Origin: a virus
Taxonomy: Duplodnaviria; Heunggongvirae; Uroviricota; Caudoviricetes
Virus record (IMG/VR): IMGVR_UViG_2778261686_000005
Direction: 5' to 3' (one strand)
Length of the DNA stretch: 4,739 nucleotides
In this document: one piece after another, positions 1-4,739 of the stretch
Position numbering within the stretch: position 1 is the first letter of the stretch
Layout: every line of letters begins with the position of its first letter
The notes under the pieces: generated by a model
What the model was told of the DNA's origin: nothing
Databases searched by the model: none
What the model saw: only the letters and a program-made list of their open reading frames with translations
Made by a program: the position numbers and the translations under genes

Positions 1-897
1 ATGCTTCCATCGGAAACGATGATCTGGCAGCCTGAGTTCACAGATAAAACACTCTCCAGGAAACCCGGGGCGGTTCACCTCCATGCTGATCCAAATAGTT
101 ACTTTAGTGTTCAAGAGAAGCAGCAAGGGCAGAGCATTGCACAGCAGAACGCAGATACATCTGCATATAATGCTCAGGTTAATGCGGAACAGGGTAATCG
201 GCGTCTCGATATGGAGCAGTTCAAAGTCCTATCCGATAACCAACTACGCACGAGAGAAATGGTTCTGAAAGCACGACTTGGACGTGCTCAAAATGACATC
301 GAGAGAGACAAGCTCAATGCTGAACTGAGCAAGGTACAGCAGGCGAAAGTGGAGAAGATGAACGATAAAATTAATACTGTTACAGGTAACATCGACTCCT
401 TGAACTCTGCGCTTGAAGTGGGTCATGAACTGGCGGGAATTGTAGGGAAACATCCTTCGGCCGTTACCCGCTCGCAGAACTATAACCCCCTGACGCTGGG
501 GTTTGGATTCCTTCCTGATGTAGCAGAAGACACACGAAGCCTACGCGCCAAAGCTGATGAATACAACCTAAAGGTTATTCTGCCTAGCCTCAAAGGGACT
601 TTTGGCTCTAACCCAACCGAAGGGGAAAGGGCTGCCCTTATGCAATCTCAAAATGGCATTAAGTCAGCAACCAGCAATGAGGCATTTTTGCGAGAGTTGA
701 ATAAAGCGCAGGACGTAATTATTCGAATGCAGAAACGACAGATTGCCGGGCTCGGTATTCCTGTAACCAAATCAAAGGACGAAGAAACTGATACCAAAAT
801 GCTGTTGCAGGATCCTTCACTGGTTAAGGATTATGTGACCGCACATGGCTATCTGCCGGAAAGTTACTATCAGGCAAAACTTAAGGGATGGCAATGA
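1..897 (+). CDS. Phage internal virion / ejection (DNA-transfer) protein, C-terminal portion; probably 5'-truncated by the window edge
   Basis: The frame is open from base 1 to TGA at 895-897 (298 codons) with coding-like composition. It contains a charged helical, coiled-coil-like stretch (LKARLGRAQNDIERDKLNAELSKVQQAKVEKMNDKINTVTGNIDSL). Its stop overlaps the start of the next gene. The ATG at 1-3 is probably internal, with the true start upstream of the window. The product is inferred only from its position immediately upstream of the SLT-domain protein (the gp15/gp20-like position in podovirus ejection-protein operons); I see no catalytic motif. Confidence 0.7.
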   Translation: MLPSETMIWQPEFTDKTLSRKPGAVHLHADPNSYFSVQEKQQGQSIAQQNADTSAYNAQVNAEQGNRRLDMEQFKVLSDNQLRTREMVLKARLGRAQNDIERDKLNAELSKVQQAKVEKMNDKINTVTGNIDSLNSALEVGHELAGIVGKHPSAVTRSQNYNPLTLGFGFLPDVAEDTRSLRAKADEYNLKVILPSLKGTFGSNPTEGERAALMQSQNGIKSATSNEAFLRELNKAQDVIIRMQKRQIAGLGIPVTKSKDEETDTKMLLQDPSLVKDYVTAHGYLPESYYQAKLKGWQ

Positions 898-3614
898 TGG
901 CACAACTGACAGAAAAACAGAAAGCCTATTCCCGTCATCTCGATGAAAAATATGGTTTCCCATCAGGGACGATGGAAACATTAGTTGGCAATGAATCTAG
1001 TGGTAACGGAAGTGCCGAGTCACCGAAAGGAGCTAGAGGATTTGCTCAACTGATGCCCTCAGTAATGAGTGATGCTGGTTATCGTGGAACTGATCCGCGC
1101 TCACTGCCATTTGAAAAGCAAATGGATATCGCAGCAAACCATCTCAATAAAGGAATGAAGCGATTTGGTGATATAGGTATGGCATTGGCTGGGTATAATT
1201 CTGGCTATGCTCGTATTAATGCCGTCAGAAACGGTAAATCTACACTGCCAGATGAAACGGCTAATTACGTAAGTAAATTTGCAGATGCCGGAATAATCCC
1301 TGATGACAGTGAAATCTTGCAGTTTGCACAAACCAGTCAACATCGCAATCTTCAGCAGCCTGACTACTCGGAGCTGGATAAAGAAATCTCTCAGGTGGGA
1401 GATATTTCTGCATGGGAAGCAAAACGTCAGCAATTTAAGAACATAGAAGCAGGACTACCAACAGCCAGTTCATGGGAGCAGAAAAGAGCTCAGTTTCTCG
1501 CCGATGAAAATGCCGGGGAACCGCAGCAGCAAGTAGCCAAGTCTAACCTTAATCCTGAGATGGAATATCTTTCGCCAGGACTGAAAGCTGCGCCAGAGCA
1601 GATGGCCAGAGGGATTGCTAATATACCGTTTGATGTAATGGACGCAGGCGTGGGGGTAGTCAATGCGGCGCAATCAGCCGGAGCATGGGCAGCTCAGAAG
1701 CTTGGTGTGGGTGATGGCACATACACGCCCATATCACCTGTCTTTCGCCCAGTAGACCAACCTACAGATCCATACGCGCAGGCTGGTGAGCAGCTAGCAC
1801 CTTACCTTATTACAGGATTAGGCGCAGGAAAGGCAGCTACCGCAGCTTCTTCAGTTGCCAACGCTCCACGTGCTGAACGTGCGGCCACAAAGGTGGCTAG
1901 TATGTTGGCAGAAAACCTGCCAGGTACATTGGTGAACGCCCAAAAGAACGGGCAGATCAGCCCAGAAGACCTAGCAAAAGAGACAGGTATTGGCCTAGCA
2001 GGATCGCTAGGAGCACGCGCTTTAATAAAGAGCGGACAGACAGCCAGTGACGTAATGCGAGATGTATTGCGGAGTAATACAAATCAATCAGGCCATGTGT
2101 TAGGGGCAGCAAATACTCTGGAAACCGCCAATGATGTATCGAAAGCAGCGCGTTCTGCCGTAGGCCGAGAGCATATCGCATCGCAGGCATCAAACGTCAG
2201 AGATGATGTCGCTAAGGCGGCGAAAATCACTGGTATTAATATCAACACCCTGACGCCTGGAATGCGCTCAGGTAGTCGTGGAATTGCCCAAGCAGAAGGT
2301 GTTCTGGCATCAACTCCTGGGAATGTTCAGGATGCTCACCTTACGGCCTTCAATGAAATATCCTCAAAGTTGAATAAGCAGTTGTCTGATTTCGGTGCTG
2401 AGTCTGGAAGCGCATCAGAAAAAAGCGCAGCAATTAAAGAGCGCATCATCGCGAGCCTCAGTGATATGAAAACAGCAGAGAATATGGCATGGGCAGAACT
2501 GCGAAGCACGATGCCACGCGAAAGGATGAAAATGAGTAATGGGATGGCTGTCGTCCAAGCAGAAAAAGCAGCCAATGTTCCACTCAGCCCGGAGATGAAA
2601 CAGTTTCAGGCTGCCAACAACCAAGGTGGCGGCATAACCTTCGACGGGATGAAGGCATGGCGTGCTAAGTTTGCTGATGCTGAACAAGCAAACACCCGGG
2701 CAGGTAAGGCCAATGCCGCCCGGATTGCCGGAGAAATGCGCAGAGCTATCACTGATGACATGCGCATCATGGCTGAAAAAGGAAACTTCCTCACAGAATG
2801 GCAGAAAGCTAACGATCTCTCTAAAAGTTACATTATCGCCAAACAAAATGCCGAATCTGTTTTTGGTCGAGATCTCGCATCAGACGCTATGGTAAGAAAA
2901 GGTGCCGATACGCTTAAGGCATCCGCAAATACTGGAACGGGAGCTTTTCACCGCCTTATCTCCGCGCTGCCGGAAGCAGAACGCCAACCAGCAATAGCAT
3001 CTATTCTTCAGCATGCTGTGGCGCAGGGAGAGAAGGGAGGAATCGGTGAAGAGTCTGGTATCCAGTATTTTGCCAAGCTCATGACCCAGCAGAATGTAAA
3101 CGCCATCAGTCGTCATGCGCCAGATCTCGGTAGAATGATGAAAGAGTTCGGTGTACTCGCTAAAGCCAGCACCAGACCGCAGCGATACGTAGAGCGCACG
3201 GGAAGAACAACTGAGGCTCTCAAAACGCTCGATTCAGGCCTTCCAAAGATCGTCGGTGTGATTATGAACGGAGTTCAACAGTCAGGTGCGATCGCTGGAG
3301 GCTTTGGCGGTGGTGTAATTGGTTCGATTAGTGGTTTGGTTGCTGGTGGCGCACTGAGAAATACTGTGGCTAAGATTGGGGCGACAAGAAGTGGTCGATA
3401 TGCGATAGAGAAAGCCGTTCAGGAAGCTACAAAAGCAGTGCGCGCAGGGGCATCACCAGCAGCGATCGCCGCAGCAGAGAAACGATTTTCGGCCAATAAA
3501 ATTGCCATGAAAGCAATTCGTGATGCCGTTGGGGCTGAAGAATTCGTGAAACTGACAAGGGCCGGGATTGTAGCTACCCTCAGTGGCATGAAAGATGTTA
3601 GCGAATGGGAATAG
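888..3614 (+). CDS. Phage internal virion / DNA-injection protein with N-terminal lytic transglycosylase (SLT) domain
   Basis: 908-codon ORF ending at TAG 3612-3614. The N-terminus carries a family-1 lytic transglycosylase signature: a Glu-Ser pair (E36-S37, nt 993-998) in VGNESSGNGSAESPKGARGFAQLMPS, followed by ALAGYNSGYARI (the A-Y-N-x-G motif, Y103-N104 at nt 1194-1199). The body is Ala/Gln/Glu-rich and probably helical. Gly-rich hydrophobic segments occur mid-protein (PYLITGLGAGKAATAAS, GIGLAGSLGARALI) and near the C-terminus. Start is ambiguous: the SD-like AAGGG at 883-887 abuts ATG 888 but is well spaced for ATG 894 or 897, so the true start is more likely 894 or 897. Confidence 0.88.
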   Translation: MAMMAQLTEKQKAYSRHLDEKYGFPSGTMETLVGNESSGNGSAESPKGARGFAQLMPSVMSDAGYRGTDPRSLPFEKQMDIAANHLNKGMKRFGDIGMALAGYNSGYARINAVRNGKSTLPDETANYVSKFADAGIIPDDSEILQFAQTSQHRNLQQPDYSELDKEISQVGDISAWEAKRQQFKNIEAGLPTASSWEQKRAQFLADENAGEPQQQVAKSNLNPEMEYLSPGLKAAPEQMARGIANIPFDVMDAGVGVVNAAQSAGAWAAQKLGVGDGTYTPISPVFRPVDQPTDPYAQAGEQLAPYLITGLGAGKAATAASSVANAPRAERAATKVASMLAENLPGTLVNAQKNGQISPEDLAKETGIGLAGSLGARALIKSGQTASDVMRDVLRSNTNQSGHVLGAANTLETANDVSKAARSAVGREHIASQASNVRDDVAKAAKITGININTLTPGMRSGSRGIAQAEGVLASTPGNVQDAHLTAFNEISSKLNKQLSDFGAESGSASEKSAAIKERIIASLSDMKTAENMAWAELRSTMPRERMKMSNGMAVVQAEKAANVPLSPEMKQFQAANNQGGGITFDGMKAWRAKFADAEQANTRAGKANAARIAGEMRRAITDDMRIMAEKGNFLTEWQKANDLSKSYIIAKQNAESVFGRDLASDAMVRKGADTLKASANTGTGAFHRLISALPEAERQPAIASILQHAVAQGEKGGIGEESGIQYFAKLMTQQNVNAISRHAPDLGRMMKEFGVLAKASTRPQRYVERTGRTTEALKTLDSGLPKIVGVIMNGVQQSGAIAGGFGGGVIGSISGLVAGGALRNTVAKIGATRSGRYAIEKAVQEATKAVRAGASPAAIAAAEKRFSANKIAMKAIRDAVGAEEFVKLTRAGIVATLSGMKDVSEWE
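960..1262 (+). other. Lytic transglycosylase (SLT, family 1-like) catalytic domain within the 888..3614 CDS (approximate boundaries)
   Basis: Motif order E-S ... G-A-x-G-F-A-Q-L-M ... A-G-Y-N-S-G matches the conserved order of family-1 LT motifs (catalytic Glu-Ser, a G-L-M-Q-like block, A-Y-N-x-G). Boundaries were estimated by eye, not from an alignment. Confidence 0.7.
3249..3356 (+). other. Glycine-zipper-like hydrophobic segment (putative membrane-insertion region) near the C-terminus of the SLT-domain protein
   Basis: Residues ~788-823 read IVGVIMNGVQQSGAIAGGFGGGVIGSISGLVAGGAL. This is a long uncharged stretch with repeated small-x-x-x-small spacing, typical of membrane-inserting or channel-forming helices. 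Confidence 0.5.
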
Positions 3615-3764
3615 ACGCTCTAACTAACAAAACCATAATAGCCAAGGACGGCATACTGATATTGAGCCAACTATAAAAATTCCATATCACATTACGAGCC
3701 TGTGGCTTACATTCGCTTACAGTGATGATAATTTATAACCACGCAATTCTTAGGTGAGATTGTC
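3615..3764 (+). promoter_or_regulatory. AT-rich intergenic region with putative promoter and ribosome-binding site for the lipoprotein gene
   Basis: 150-bp non-coding spacer, visibly AT-richer than the flanking structural gene. A strong SD AGGTGA at 3752-3757 sits 7 nt before ATG 3765. Candidate -10-like hexamers are GATAAT (3727-3732), TATAAC (3734-3739) and TATAAA (3672-3677); a weak -35-like TTGAGC (3662-3667) lies 17 nt before TATCAC (3685-3690). I could not find a -35/-10 pair with a convincing consensus match, so the promoter position is uncertain. Confidence 0.3.
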
Positions 3765-3815
3765 ATGATTAAAAATCTTCTTTTAATATTATCCCTGTCA
3801 TTATTGGCTGGATGC
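3765..3815 (+). other. Type II (lipoprotein) signal peptide with lipobox LAGC
   Basis: Lys3 supplies the positive n-region, followed by a hydrophobic h-region (LLLILSLSLL) and the lipobox L14-A15-G16-C17. Confidence 0.8.
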
Positions 3816-4463
3816 GTACAAAAACCGTTAGTAACGGTCAATGCTTTATCCTCCGGGCAATCTGTCGGTAAGAAGTTCTTGATCATCCCCGCAAGCCAAG
3901 AACTTTGGAACACCAAACAGATTGAATACACTCAAATAGCTACGGTAGTAGCCGCCAGTTTATCAAGCCAAGGATATATACAAGTTAAAGATGAAAAATT
4001 GGCTGACCAGGTAATTCTCTTGAACTTTTTGAGAAGCGGGGCCATTTCAAATACTCGTAATGTAACCATCCCAATATACGGGCAAACTGGTGTGAGCTCA
4101 GCAACAACGTACGGAAACTCGAACACCACGTTCAATAGTTATGGTGGTGGCTACGGTACAGCTAATACCACTGGAACGGCAACAACAGTTTATACGCCTA
4201 CTTATGGAATTACTGGCGCGTATAACACAACTGTGACGGACACGTTCTACGGCGCAGGGGTGATACTCCAGTCGTTTGATGCCAAGGCTTATCTCAATAA
4301 TAGGCAGATTAATATGTTATGGAAAGTTGGTAGCTCAGTCGTCTCGCAACAGTCTGATGGAATTGCTGATTACAAAGGGTTGGCGAGAATAGCCGCTAGC
4401 TATGCCGGGAAAAATACAGAAGGTGATATAACTTTTAATGTTGACCCTAAAGCACCAAATTAA
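3765..4463 (+). CDS. Lipoprotein of unknown function (probably outer-membrane), phage accessory/moron gene; candidate superinfection-exclusion or defence factor
   Basis: 232-codon ORF with a good SD. The N-terminus MIKNLLLILSLSLLAGC is a signal peptide ending in a lipobox (L-A-G-C, Cys17 at nt 3813-3815). Residue +2 of the mature protein is Val, not Asp, which under E. coli Lol sorting rules predicts outer-membrane localisation. The gene has lower GC and AT-rich codon choice (ATA, TTA, AAA) compared with the upstream genes. A GC-rich hairpin follows the stop. I do not recognise a characterised family. Confidence 0.85.
   Translation: MIKNLLLILSLSLLAGCVQKPLVTVNALSSGQSVGKKFLIIPASQELWNTKQIEYTQIATVVAASLSSQGYIQVKDEKLADQVILLNFLRSGAISNTRNVTIPIYGQTGVSSATTYGNSNTTFNSYGGGYGTANTTGTATTVYTPTYGITGAYNTTVTDTFYGAGVILQSFDAKAYLNNRQINMLWKVGSSVVSQQSDGIADYKGLARIAASYAGKNTEGDITFNVDPKAPN
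4077..4259 (+). repeat. Low-complexity Thr/Gly/Tyr/Asn/Ser-rich segment inside the lipoprotein CDS (protein-level quasi-repeats, not a DNA tandem repeat)
   Basis: Residues ~105-165 read YGQTGVSSATTYGNSNTTFNSYGGGYGTANTTGTATTVYTPTYGITGAYNTTVTDTFYGAG. By manual count roughly 30% are Thr, with recurring T-x-Y-G / Y-G-x-T units and no charged residues except one Asp. The flanking sequence has ordinary composition. Confidence 0.6.
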
Positions 4464-4470
4464 CTAATAA

Positions 4471-4486
4471 GCCCGGTACGCCGGGC
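4471..4486 (+). terminator. GC-rich hairpin 8 nt downstream of the lipoprotein stop; possible intrinsic terminator
   Basis: GCCCGG-TACG-CCGGGC forms a perfect 6-bp all-G:C stem with a 4-nt loop. The sequence after it (ATTCATGCCCCTATTATTC) is T-containing but not a clean U-tract, so it may act as a weak terminator or an RNA-stability element. Confidence 0.35.
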
Positions 4487-4739
4487 ATTCATGCCCCTAT
4501 TATTCATGAATCGCTTTTTCTGGAAGGTATGCGACAAACGTTAAGTGACATTGCCTACACATTCGGGGCGGGATTTCAAATCCGCTCCCAGTTGATGGGG
4601 CCGTTACAGTACGCGCATATCCGCTTTATGTGAAACAGGAAGATTTTTCTGATATCACTGCCTGGATTTGCCCCTATATTTCCAGACACCTGTTATCACT
4701 TAACCCATTACTGGCCTGCTGCCGCAGATATTCCCGTGG

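Noticed and set aside
83-453. Short ORFs 83..268 (+) and 244..453 (-) overlapping the first gene
   Set aside because: They are embedded within the long open frame 1..897, and their translations look like off-frame or antisense artefacts with no start context.
1101-3116. Multiple minus-strand ORFs (1101..1433, 1470..1673, 1957..2193, 2336..2575, 2415..2846, 2606..2794, 2880..3116) and one plus-strand ORF (2662..2895) from the six-frame track
   Set aside because: All lie entirely inside the 888..3614 CDS, which is supported by length and a recognisable catalytic domain. Their translations are low-complexity and Leu/Ser/Arg/Cys-rich, as expected for antisense or off-frame readings of an Ala/Gln/Glu-rich gene, and none has a credible RBS.
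888-3614. Interpretation of the 908-aa protein as a siphovirus tail tape-measure protein
   Set aside because: The upstream gene is a long coiled-coil protein of at least 298 aa coupled by overlap, not small G/GT-type tail chaperones, and the LT domain is at the extreme N-terminus as in podovirus internal core proteins. This was not verified by search, so it remains a minor possibility.
3707-4135. Minus-strand ORFs 3707..3931 and 3932..4135 antisense to the lipoprotein gene
   Set aside because: They overlap the lipoprotein CDS and its RBS on the opposite strand. The lipoprotein reading has a canonical signal peptide, lipobox and SD; the antisense products have no features.
1-4463. Conjugative-transfer locus (TraG-like large protein followed by a TraT-like entry-exclusion lipoprotein)
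   Set aside because: F-type TraG lacks an N-terminal SLT domain and begins with transmembrane helices, and the lipoprotein here does not resemble TraT as I recall it. The analogy (large transfer protein followed by an exclusion lipoprotein) is still conceptually similar, and a search would be needed to exclude it completely.
3765-4463. Lipoprotein as an MliC/PliC-type lysozyme inhibitor
   Set aside because: The hallmark MliC/PliC motifs (S-x-S-G-A-x-Y and Y-x-x-x-T-K-G) are not present in register; only a fortuitous SGA tripeptide occurs. An inhibitor role remains speculative.
4562-4590. tRNA-like T-arm resemblance (GGGCGGGATTTCAAATCCGCTCCC), raising the idea of a tRNA attachment site
   Set aside because: Only a short stem-loop is present. 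I cannot assemble an acceptor stem, D-arm and anticodon arm around it, and there is no CCA-proximal acceptor pairing, so it is more likely a simple palindrome.
1-4739. CRISPR arrays, insertion-sequence terminal inverted repeats, rRNA or complete tRNA genes
   Set aside because: No regularly spaced direct repeats, no transposase-like ORF, and no structured RNA gene signatures are evident on inspection.

Overview
This window looks like the distal end of a phage or prophage virion DNA-injection (ejectosome) module followed by an accessory 'moron' gene, all on the + strand. It holds three genes: the 3' part of a coiled-coil internal virion protein gene (1..897); a 908-codon protein (888..3614) with an N-terminal lytic transglycosylase (SLT) domain and glycine-zipper hydrophobic segments; and, after an AT-rich 150-bp spacer, a 232-codon lipoprotein gene (3765..4463) followed by a GC-rich hairpin. 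The lipoprotein is the most interesting element. It has its own ribosome-binding site, lower GC than the structural genes, and a Thr/Gly/Tyr/Asn-rich low-complexity core; I recognise no characterised family. My hypothesis is that it is a superinfection-exclusion or anti-phage cargo gene, but nothing in the sequence proves function. The last ~250 bp (4487..4739) has no convincing gene. No tRNA, rRNA, CRISPR array or insertion sequence is visible. All family assignments come from reading motifs by eye; no database search was run.
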